From IMG/VR virus record IMGVR_UViG_3300002054_000002, positions 1 through 51,006 of that record: a stretch of 51,006 bases of DNA; one strand, 5' to 3'. The stretch is from a virus. Shown here piece after piece: positions 17,007-25,724 of the stretch. The position numbers and the translations under genes are program-made. Every line of letters begins with the position of its first letter. Within the stretch, counting starts at the first letter, position 1. The notes under the pieces are model-generated. The model ran no database searches. It saw only the letters and a list, made by a program, of their open reading frames with translations, and was not told the DNA's origin.

Positions 17007-18146
17007 ATGTTTAAATCCACAGAAGTCGCAGACGGTTACAAGACCCTCATTGGTTGGAGACAGCACCACGACACCGATGAAATAGAGCTTACCGCACCGT
17101 TATTGGTTACGGACTCAGGCGAATACTACCAACAGAAGCATCCAGCACTCAGGCTGGACATCATTCAGGCACTCCTCCCGGAGAACCAAGAACTTGAGGA
17201 GTACCTCATGGAGAAGGTTCGGGATGGTGCAATTGAAATGATAAACGACATTATCCAGTACCGTCAGGTTTCCCAGTACGGGAAAACGTTACTGGAACAA
17301 CGCCAACTCTTAAACAAGTACGGTTGGGTTAACGATAAGATTGTGAACGAGAACCGCTTCGTCGGGCTTCAGATACGCACCAAGAGCGTAACTGGCCTGC
17401 AAACGGTCATCAATCAAATTGGATTGCAGTTTTCGGATCCTGAAACATTTACGCTGTACGTGTTCCATAGTTCGAAGCGTGACCCGATTGCACAATTGCC
17501 CAAGACGACCACAGGTGCAGCTGGTTGGGATTGGACTAACGCCGAGGTGGAGCTCAATGCGTTCTCCCGGACGAACCAAAACGAGGGGGTATGGATTGTA
17601 GGGTATTACCAAGAGGATATTTTGGGAAGTGCCATCAATGCGACCGATTTCAATTGGGATAGGGGCGTATGTGGTGGGTGCAACCATTCGGCGCATAAGG
17701 TTTGGAACGAAATACAGCAGTACTTTTCGGTATATCCTTTATACGTTCCGCAGGACGTGTACACAAAAGGGGAAATGTTTGACTTGAACGATGCCTTTTA
17801 CGTGAACGATCAAAGCTGGGGGCTTAACCTCCGCCTGAGCGTTCGGTGCGACCTGACGGACTTTTTGCTCGACCACAAGTTCGCATTTAAGAACCTACTG
17901 GCGTATAAGGTTACTTCCTTGATTCTAAACGATATGAAGTATAGCCAGCAGATAAACTACATCGAAGAAAACATCAAGATGATGATTATTCGGGATTTGG
18001 AAGGCGACACGGAGACGAAGATGGCTAATATCACCATGAAGTACCAAAAGGAGCTCAAGGCGGTAAATTTCAACATAGGGGGCATTAACCAAAGCTGTCT
18101 GCCATGCGAGGGAGAGGCTTACGAGCCGTCCTACAGTGCTATTTAG
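17007..18146 (+). CDS. Structural-module hypothetical protein
   Basis: 379-aa ORF containing CGGCNHSAH and CLPCEGE. Confidence 0.5.
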   Translation: MFKSTEVADGYKTLIGWRQHHDTDEIELTAPLLVTDSGEYYQQKHPALRLDIIQALLPENQELEEYLMEKVRDGAIEMINDIIQYRQVSQYGKTLLEQRQLLNKYGWVNDKIVNENRFVGLQIRTKSVTGLQTVINQIGLQFSDPETFTLYVFHSSKRDPIAQLPKTTTGAAGWDWTNAEVELNAFSRTNQNEGVWIVGYYQEDILGSAINATDFNWDRGVCGGCNHSAHKVWNEIQQYFSVYPLYVPQDVYTKGEMFDLNDAFYVNDQSWGLNLRLSVRCDLTDFLLDHKFAFKNLLAYKVTSLILNDMKYSQQINYIEENIKMMIIRDLEGDTETKMANITMKYQKELKAVNFNIGGINQSCLPCEGEAYEPSYSAI

Positions 18147-18561
18147 TAGGCAAATAGAATATATCGAGTCCTTTGAGGACACTTTGTTCTCCACGTTCAA
18201 GGCAACGCTGGCGCAGTTTGATTTCGTGGTGGTTGATTTCATCGTGAACAAGCAGCTGTTTCGGTTGGGGCAAGATTCGGAGGGCAAGCGTTTAAAGGGC
18301 TACACTCGGCAAACGATACGGCTGAAGATTTCGAAGGGCGACCCTGCCGACCGCACCACGTTACGGGATGAGGGTACGTTTTATGCCCAAATGGGCATCG
18401 ATACCTTCGATGATAGATTCGAGATATTCAGCACGGTCGATCATACAAAATACCTCATCAAGCGGTACGGCGAGAATGCCATGCGCCCATCGCCTGAGAA
18501 TATGAAAGAGTTTTTGAAAGTGTACCTTGTACCTAAATTAAAAAGTGAGTTCAATGATTAA
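18136..18561 (+). CDS. Head-tail joining region hypothetical protein (GTG start)
   Basis: 141-aa ORF with no in-frame ATG near its 5' end. The call is positional. Confidence 0.4.
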   Translation: MLFSRQIEYIESFEDTLFSTFKATLAQFDFVVVDFIVNKQLFRLGQDSEGKRLKGYTRQTIRLKISKGDPADRTTLRDEGTFYAQMGIDTFDDRFEIFSTVDHTKYLIKRYGENAMRPSPENMKEFLKVYLVPKLKSEFND

Positions 18562-19135
18562 ACTACAGGACAAACCAGTAACGGTCACCAACCCGGTCGA
18601 AATCGACAAGGCTTGCAACGATATCCGTTTGATGCTCTCGGAGCTTCCGTGGGTATCCCATCCGTACCACATTGCGCAGAGGTTCTACCGAAAGGAAGGA
18701 CAGAAGCCATTCTATTACCCTGAGACGTTCGTCGCCACGGAAAAGAAAGGCTACAACTACCATAGGCTTACCCCTGACAACGATTACTCAGGTATGTTTT
18801 TCTTCATGGTGGGGGATGAGAAGAACGACTTCGCACCGAACGAATACAATTACTTGCGTTACCCGGTGGGGATTATCTTTAGTGCCAACCTTGAGAAAAT
18901 CGACCAAGCCAAGCTGGATACCACGCTATTTACGCAGGAACTCATTCGGGATGTGCGCCGTGAGCTTACTACCCGTATGATTGAGTTCGATTTCCATTAC
19001 ACCCTCGACACCGTTTCCCGTGATTTGCGGAAGGTTTACAGGGAGTTTGTACTGGACGACATTGAGCAGTACAATCGTGCGCCTATGCAATGCTTTAGAT
19101 TCGATATCAACATAATACTTCAAGAGGAATGTTAG
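18545..19135 (+). CDS. Candidate major tail (tube) protein
   Basis: 196 aa, the last sizeable gene before the chaperone pair. Based on position and size only. Confidence 0.3.
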   Translation: MSSMIKLQDKPVTVTNPVEIDKACNDIRLMLSELPWVSHPYHIAQRFYRKEGQKPFYYPETFVATEKKGYNYHRLTPDNDYSGMFFFMVGDEKNDFAPNEYNYLRYPVGIIFSANLEKIDQAKLDTTLFTQELIRDVRRELTTRMIEFDFHYTLDTVSRDLRKVYREFVLDDIEQYNRAPMQCFRFDINIILQEEC

Positions 19136-19413
19136 AAAATGTAATTTTAGTGATATTATTGGTTGTGTTCTTTTCGGGACTGATGGAGAAATGGAACCTC
19201 GACACCGCACTACAGAGCTGGGCATCGGGCAGCAATTCAAAGTTTTTGTACAGGCTATCCCAGTGCGAGTTCTGTATTGATTTCCATCTCAGCTGGATAA
19301 GTACCCTACTGGTTGGTGTATGTTTGGGGTATGAATGGGGTATGATTTTGGTGCCGTTCATAGCATCGGGAGGCATGATAATTATAAATAAATGGGCAGT
19401 TAATGGTTATTAG
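19129..19413 (+). CDS. Integral membrane protein (3 TM) inside the tail operon
   Basis: Contains VILVILLVVFFSGL, CEFCIDFHLSWISTLLVGVCL and ILVPFIASGGMIII. Confidence 0.5.
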   Translation: MLENVILVILLVVFFSGLMEKWNLDTALQSWASGSNSKFLYRLSQCEFCIDFHLSWISTLLVGVCLGYEWGMILVPFIASGGMIIINKWAVNGY

Positions 19414-19885
19414 AGTACAGGGGCATAGAATTGAGCTATACGACAATACGCAGAACCTACCAGTCCTGCGGTTTCAGAAGTTCAATAAATACATGATGAT
19501 AGCCAATGAGGTCGGTAACAGTTTCGAGGATTATGATGCCCGGACTGCGAAAGCCCTCGCATTTTTGCAGAAGGATATGGTTCCTGAAGCGATTGGCGAA
19601 CTGAATAATCGCCGACAAGCGGTTTTTAACGCATTTAATGAGTTTACCCCCAAAGGGAAAGCGTTCGCCGTTCTCGTGCGTTCTATTGACGGCAAAAAAT
19701 ATCTAGGAACCTCCCCCGATGAGCTGGATGAGGTATTGGAGCACTTGGATCGCATAGGGTTGGGCTGGATTGATAGCCTTGAGGCGTTGAGTAATGTAAA
19801 AAAAAACTCGAAACAGAGCTGGTTGTCTATTATCCAGCGTTTTTTCCAAAGGGGGGAGACAAAGAAAGTGCAGCCCTCCGAATAA
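19403..19885 (+). CDS. Tail assembly chaperone (G-like, zero-frame product)
   Basis: Located immediately upstream of the tape measure gene and contains an A9 slippery run. Confidence 0.7.
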   Translation: MVIRVQGHRIELYDNTQNLPVLRFQKFNKYMMIANEVGNSFEDYDARTAKALAFLQKDMVPEAIGELNNRRQAVFNAFNEFTPKGKAFAVLVRSIDGKKYLGTSPDELDEVLEHLDRIGLGWIDSLEALSNVKKNSKQSWLSIIQRFFQRGETKKVQPSE

Positions 19886-20157
19886 AGCGCATGGCAGCGA
19901 TCCTCGACGGATTTATCGAGGAAAAAGACAACGGAGATAGTATCTTCGGCATTGAAAAGGAGTTATTGGGTAGGAATACCCCGAACATTTGGAATGTTCA
20001 CAATGAGGACAACATGGAAAGGCTGCTTGAGGTAGACTTTCAGAAGTTCGCAATATCGGTCACAGAGCTTACGGGACAAGACTTGACTAACGTTTCGACA
20101 TTTGCATTTTACGCCAGCGTCGAGCATTTAAAAGAAAAGTTTAAAAAACGTAAGTAA
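19403..20157 (+). CDS. Tail assembly chaperone frameshift fusion (GT-like, about 250 aa)
   Basis: The downstream ORF 19891..20157 lies in the -1 frame relative to 19403..19885. That frame reads KKKLETELVVYYPAFFPKGGDKESAALRIKRMAAILDG.. without a stop. Confidence 0.65.
19798..19807 (+). other. -1 programmed ribosomal frameshift slippery site A_AAA_AAA_AAC
   Basis: The zero frame reads GTA AAA AAA AAC. I read the -1 frame as open from 19798 through ORF 19891..20157 with no stop. Confidence 0.75.
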
Positions 20158-23100
20158 TGGATAACGTTATCGCTAAGTACTCCGAGTTTTTTCAAGACGA
20201 CGGAGGGCTGGACAAAGTAAAAAAGGATTTCGAGGAGCTTGGAGAGTTCCTAATCAAGGAGGCAAAAAAGATAAGGGGTGAGATATCCCTTTTTGACGTC
20301 TCGGAGGCGGAGAAGATTGCCGAATACGAGGAGCGCACCGAAGACCTTACCAAAGCCTTCAAGGATTATTCCGATGCACGGGAGAAGGTCACCAAACTAG
20401 AGAAGGATTTCCAAAAGGAACGGGGCAAGTCCACACGGGCGAACATTCAGGCCACTAAACGCCTTGATGAGCTCAACGTGGAACTTGAACAGCAGAGGGT
20501 TGCCATGCGGATACTCAATGCTGCCGAGAAGGAGGGTACCATCAGCACAACTAAGGCTGCTGAGGCAAGAGGAAGGCTAAAACTGGAAACTAAAGCCCTC
20601 ACTCAGGAAATAAACAAGGAGCAAAAGGAAATTATCGACTCCACGAAGCTATCCCGTAACCAACAGAAAATCCTTGAGGCTGAAATCACACTACAGAAGG
20701 AAAGAGCCGAAACCATTACCGAGATACGTGAAAGGCTCTCCGCCCTTAGAATAGTTGCAGCACAAGTAAACATCACCACCCAAGAGGGCAGGGATACCGT
20801 TGCAGCCTATAATGCCGAAATCGACGAACTCACGCAGGAGCTTTCCGAAAACTCGGACACGTTCATTCAAAATAAAATCAATGTTGGTAATTATGAGGAG
20901 AGTATCAAAAGCGCACTTGAGTCGAGCGATGCCTTCAAGACTGGTATTGGAGGGCTTGATGCTGCATTGGCTGGTATTCTCGGACTATTATTACTCAACG
21001 AGGAGGCACTCAAGGAAATGGAGGAGAGCCTCAAGAAGAACAACAGCGCAGTTAAGCGTTTTGCGGTATCATTCGGTAAATTAAATAAGGTGCTCAAGGC
21101 GAGTATCATTGGTGCCGTTATTATTGCCATTGCTGCCCTAGGCTCATTGTTCGGAGATACCGTGGCTGGCTCGGTTCGTTTGGAGAAAGGCTTGCAGACA
21201 TTGGGCAACGTGTTCAGAGGGCTTGGAACCATTGCGAGGGTTGTGTTCAACCAAATAGGCAACATATTCAATACGTTTGGTAAGAACTTCCAGCTCTTCG
21301 TTGATCAGTTCAAGGGCAAAAGCATCAAGGATATTCTTTTCGGGGATACCAATGTGCTTACCAACACGTTTGCCATATTCGCCAAGAACTTCACAGAGCA
21401 GAAGGATAACATTGTGGAGGGTGCGAATGAAATCGCAGAGGCATGGGATAACATTGGCGAGGCTATTATAAAGGGGCTTGACAATATCGACCGTGCCATC
21501 AAACTTGAGGCCAATATACGCCGTGCGAACATACAGCTGGCGGAGTTCAATGCCCAGCTTGCACGTTCGGAGTCCATTGCATCCGACTCGACGATTAGCT
21601 TCAGAGACCAGTTGCGTGCCAACCGTGAGAGCCTTGAGATAATTGAAAAGATTGGCGACACCGAGGTATCCATTGCCCGGCAAACCCTTGAGGCAATAAA
21701 CGAACGGGTAAAGCAGAACGTACTCAATAATGGTATTGAGGTTGATAATTTGAACCTACAGCAGAAAGGCGTGGGGTTCGCTAAATCGGTCCAGGCCTTG
21801 TCCGAGCAGCGTGGCATTCAATTGGAAATATCGAAGGAACTTATCGAGGAGCAGAATCAGGCCGTAATTGCTCTAACCGATGCAGAATCAGCACGTAACG
21901 TCGCTGCATTGGATAACCTAAAGCTCCGACGTGAATTGGAAAGGGATTTATTCGAGCAGAACCTTGACTTGCTAATTGATGTAATCGACACCGAAAAGAA
22001 CCTGAGCGAGCAGTTCGTTACAGATACCCGTAATAGTTTCCAAGCACGGCTTATCGAGTTTGAAAGGTTCTCGGAAAAATTCAAGGACAATGCAGCTGCC
22101 CAGTTAGAGGAGTTCAACATATTGGCATCCAAGTCCGCCTCCATTATAACGGACAGGCTCAACCAGTTGCCCGTAAATTCGGAGAACGCAGCCGAAATAG
22201 CTAGGCTCCGGGAGGAGCTTCAGGAATTGGAGAACATTGACCTACGCTTTGAGTTCGATGAGGATGGAAGTTTTCAGGTATTCAATGGCGAAGCGGAACT
22301 TTCCCTCGATAATATTGTGGCACTAAACAAGGAGCTTCAGAAATTGGGGCTTGCCGAGATACCGATTAACCGCTTCCGGGAGATTGTTGTGGAAACGACG
22401 AACTTCGTTAGGGATATGCGTGGCATCAACAGGGAGCTTACTCAGGCAGGGTTCCTAATCGATGAGCTCAGTGGCAATCAGATTGTTGATGCCGATGAGT
22501 TGGCGCAACTCGAAGCCGTTACCAAGCGAATACTTGAACTGGGAGGGCAAGACCTCGGCAGTTTGAACAAGGAGGAGGCCGATGCCGTAATAAAGGAACT
22601 TGAGAAGCTCGAAGCCGAAAAAACCGAGATTGAAAGGTTCGCCGAACAAAAGCGTAACGATAACCGTGCCGAGGCATTACAGGCGGAACTCGACCTGTTG
22701 CGCCAACGTAGGGAATTACAGCAACAGCAGGCTTTGGCGGATAATGATTTCGATACATTCGATGCCCTACAGGATGCCAGTGAGGAAGAACTCAAACTTG
22801 AGGCGGAACTCGCTGCATTGAAGAAGAAAATATTTGATCAATCCGCTGCCGACCGTGCTGCTGCGATTCGCAATGGTACCAAGGATGCGATTGATGAGTG
22901 GAAGAAGTTCAGGGACAACCTTACCGCCATATTAACCGAGGTACTCAAGCGTGTTGCCGATAATGCCGAAAAGCAAACCGAAGCGGCGGAGGAGAACGTC
23001 GATAAACAGGAGGAGGCTGTTGATGTACAGCAGGCAAGGGCGCAAGAGGGACTCGCCAATACGCTGGCATTCGAGCAACGTGAACTTGCCAAGCGTGAAG

Positions 23101-23711
23101 CGGAACTCCTGAAGCGACAGCGCAGGGAGGCGCAAATTGCCGAACTGCAATCCATTTGGAACGCCTACAATGCCAACCTTAAATCACTCGACGAAAACGA
23201 GACCAGTGCCGATGCCATTATTAAGACGCTGCGTGATTTAGCCGTTGTCAAGGGAATAACCGCATCCCTTACCTCGTTTGGAGAGGGTGGTGTGGTTGAA
23301 GATAAGCTGCCCGGTAACGGAATATTTCGAGGACGCTCGCATCAGGGCAGACAGGGCGGTATTCCAATACTGGTCGAGGGCAAGGAGGGCATCCTCTCAA
23401 CCCGTGAAATGGCAAACCTCGGCAAGGATAACTTCTATGCGCTCAAGGGCATGGCTGGAATGGGGCCGATTGATAGTAACTTCTTCACAGGTCAAAATGC
23501 CTCATTCGGCGCTATGATTCCTGTGGCAAAGGATAACGATAGCAGGCTCGTTCATGAGATGCGTGAGGTTAAGAATGCCATTAAGGGCAGAGCCGAACAG
23601 AGCCTGAGTGTACCCGAAGTGGTGGACGGTATTCTAACATTTACCGAAACCATCAAGAAGGGCAATAAAACCAAGCGGAACCATTACCGTATCAAAAAAC
23701 CGAAATTATGA
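20157..23711 (+). CDS. Tape measure protein
   Basis: 1184 aa, mostly coiled coil, with central TM-like segments (ASIIGAVIIAIAALGSLFG). It follows the chaperone pair with a TAATG junction. Confidence 0.9.
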   Translation: MDNVIAKYSEFFQDDGGLDKVKKDFEELGEFLIKEAKKIRGEISLFDVSEAEKIAEYEERTEDLTKAFKDYSDAREKVTKLEKDFQKERGKSTRANIQATKRLDELNVELEQQRVAMRILNAAEKEGTISTTKAAEARGRLKLETKALTQEINKEQKEIIDSTKLSRNQQKILEAEITLQKERAETITEIRERLSALRIVAAQVNITTQEGRDTVAAYNAEIDELTQELSENSDTFIQNKINVGNYEESIKSALESSDAFKTGIGGLDAALAGILGLLLLNEEALKEMEESLKKNNSAVKRFAVSFGKLNKVLKASIIGAVIIAIAALGSLFGDTVAGSVRLEKGLQTLGNVFRGLGTIARVVFNQIGNIFNTFGKNFQLFVDQFKGKSIKDILFGDTNVLTNTFAIFAKNFTEQKDNIVEGANEIAEAWDNIGEAIIKGLDNIDRAIKLEANIRRANIQLAEFNAQLARSESIASDSTISFRDQLRANRESLEIIEKIGDTEVSIARQTLEAINERVKQNVLNNGIEVDNLNLQQKGVGFAKSVQALSEQRGIQLEISKELIEEQNQAVIALTDAESARNVAALDNLKLRRELERDLFEQNLDLLIDVIDTEKNLSEQFVTDTRNSFQARLIEFERFSEKFKDNAAAQLEEFNILASKSASIITDRLNQLPVNSENAAEIARLREELQELENIDLRFEFDEDGSFQVFNGEAELSLDNIVALNKELQKLGLAEIPINRFREIVVETTNFVRDMRGINRELTQAGFLIDELSGNQIVDADELAQLEAVTKRILELGGQDLGSLNKEEADAVIKELEKLEAEKTEIERFAEQKRNDNRAEALQAELDLLRQRRELQQQQALADNDFDTFDALQDASEEELKLEAELAALKKKIFDQSAADRAAAIRNGTKDAIDEWKKFRDNLTAILTEVLKRVADNAEKQTEAAEENVDKQEEAVDVQQARAQEGLANTLAFEQRELAKREAELLKRQRREAQIAELQSIWNAYNANLKSLDENETSADAIIKTLRDLAVVKGITASLTSFGEGGVVEDKLPGNGIFRGRSHQGRQGGIPILVEGKEGILSTREMANLGKDNFYALKGMAGMGPIDSNFFTGQNASFGAMIPVAKDNDSRLVHEMREVKNAIKGRAEQSLSVPEVVDGILTFTETIKKGNKTKRNHYRIKKPKL

Positions 23712-25477
23712 TCGTCAAACAGCCTATACGTCATTTTATTAATGGCAAAGACCTTGGAGAGCCACGAAACTGGCAGGATTTAGAAATAACCGTCGACTGG
23801 TTGGAGAAGAAGGAGGGTGTCAATATCAACATCACGGACTTGGATTTCGTTTTGGAAGCAAAGCGATTACTTCAGGAGCGTGTTCTAGATGGGCTCTCCG
23901 GGGGTGTGGGGATATTCGAAGGGGAGCCTTATCAGATTACAATAGGCGACTTGGGTAGCCCCTCGTATAAATTCGAGGGATACTTGGATTTTACAGACGA
24001 TGCGACTATTATAGGGGCGGAGGAGTTCTCCTGTTCTTTGAAAAAGCGAAAGGGTACCGATTGGCTCAATGAAGTAGCCGACAGTTTCAGTTTCGCATAT
24101 CTGGCCGATCAAGGATTTATAAATCAAGGGGATTATGTGAAGGTTCCATACGTGATAAATTACGTGCCTGATGGCACGCAACTCATTCTGCTATCTATCT
24201 CATTGTACATGATGACGAAGGAAACTATCGAAAATGTACAAAAGTTAGCTGAGACCATCGCCGACGCTACCGATGCTGCTGCCCCTGTGTTAGGTGCGTC
24301 GGTCGGTCTTGGTGCAGGAGTTGTAACCGCATGGGATTTAGGTAATTTCATTTTAGTAACACTCAAGACGATTGCAAGGGTAGCCTACATTATTGCAATG
24401 ACCGTCGCCATTATAAACCTCATCGAGGAGGTGTTCGCACAATTGTTGCCGAAGAAACGCTTCCACTTGGGTATGAGAATACAAACACTCTTCGAGCGTG
24501 GGTGCCAATATACGGGGCTTAGGCTACAGAGTAACCTGTTGTCGCAGATAAACGATTGGGTACACGTACCGAGCAAGGATAGAAAAGGGGGCGAGGATGG
24601 AGAGTCCGGGCATCCAGTTAATTCGGGGCCCATTTACACCTTCGGGGATTGTATCAGAGTATTTAAGGAGATGTTCAATGCCGACTACCGAATTAAGGAC
24701 GGCATTTTTTACTTTGAGCGACGTGATGCCTTCGAGGTGCCATCCGCATACGTTATACCCCCGTTCTTCAGTGATCAGGAACGCCTGCTGGATGTAAACA
24801 CGTTCAACACGGATGAGATGATTGCGAACTACAATATCTTCTATGCGTTCGACACACAAGACCAAAATACACTCGATGACCAAGAGGGCAGGGTATTCCA
24901 AGCCATCACCACACCAATACGAGTGAAAGACCAAAGCCTTGTCAACATAAAGAACTTGGCTCAGGTTGCTATACCGTTCTCCATAGGCAAAACGAAGAAC
25001 GACCTCACCCGAATTGAGGAGGTAATGAAAGACCTCGGCAAGTTCGTTGATAAACTAACTGGGGTATTTGGGAAGGGTACCAATTTCGCCACGCAGATTG
25101 AAAGCAGGCGAGGTTCAATGCTGTTGAGCAGCGATTTCCTTACATCGGGGCGCATAGTGCGCATAAGTGGGCAGAACCTCACCAAAGACCAACGGGGAGA
25201 CCTCGGCACACGCTTACTGTGGGACAGGTACCATTTTATAAACTCCTTCGCAGATGTGAACGGGGAACATAACCAATACTGGCGTTATTCAGATATCCGT
25301 GTTCCGATGAGCTTGGAGGATTTTGAAAAAGTTCTTGATAATAATTTGGCGACCGACCAAGATGGTAGGAGAGTGGAGATTGAAACAATGACCTACCGTC
25401 CGGGCGAGGGTACGGCGGTAATTGACTTCAGAGTCAAGAGGAAGTACACTAATAATTTAAAGATTGAGTATGTATAA
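23708..25477 (+). CDS. Distal tail / tail-tip protein
   Basis: 589 aa directly after the tape measure gene (ATGA overlap). It has an internal hydrophobic stretch at 24275-24430. Confidence 0.55.
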   Translation: MIVKQPIRHFINGKDLGEPRNWQDLEITVDWLEKKEGVNINITDLDFVLEAKRLLQERVLDGLSGGVGIFEGEPYQITIGDLGSPSYKFEGYLDFTDDATIIGAEEFSCSLKKRKGTDWLNEVADSFSFAYLADQGFINQGDYVKVPYVINYVPDGTQLILLSISLYMMTKETIENVQKLAETIADATDAAAPVLGASVGLGAGVVTAWDLGNFILVTLKTIARVAYIIAMTVAIINLIEEVFAQLLPKKRFHLGMRIQTLFERGCQYTGLRLQSNLLSQINDWVHVPSKDRKGGEDGESGHPVNSGPIYTFGDCIRVFKEMFNADYRIKDGIFYFERRDAFEVPSAYVIPPFFSDQERLLDVNTFNTDEMIANYNIFYAFDTQDQNTLDDQEGRVFQAITTPIRVKDQSLVNIKNLAQVAIPFSIGKTKNDLTRIEEVMKDLGKFVDKLTGVFGKGTNFATQIESRRGSMLLSSDFLTSGRIVRISGQNLTKDQRGDLGTRLLWDRYHFINSFADVNGEHNQYWRYSDIRVPMSLEDFEKVLDNNLATDQDGRRVEIETMTYRPGEGTAVIDFRVKRKYTNNLKIEYV

Positions 25478-25724
25478 TCAGCAAAATATTCAGGAGCTTA
25501 AGGCGTTGGGAGATAAGGCAATGGCTGAAATGAAAAATCAAATCAGTATATTTGATGCCACCTTGCAAGAAGCATTAAAGGGAGCTCCGCAACAAGACAA
25601 ATCACAAATAGAAGAGCTTAAAGCACTATGTAACAGTGCAATCAATCTGGCCAAAACGGGAAAAGCCGACGCTGCTCAAGAACTAATTCGCAACTACGAA
25701 CATGGGCGTAAAAGTAATCAGTAG
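25464..25724 (+). CDS. Small helical protein
   Basis: 86-aa ORF within the tail module. Confidence 0.4.
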   Translation: MSMYNQQNIQELKALGDKAMAEMKNQISIFDATLQEALKGAPQQDKSQIEELKALCNSAINLAKTGKADAAQELIRNYEHGRKSNQ

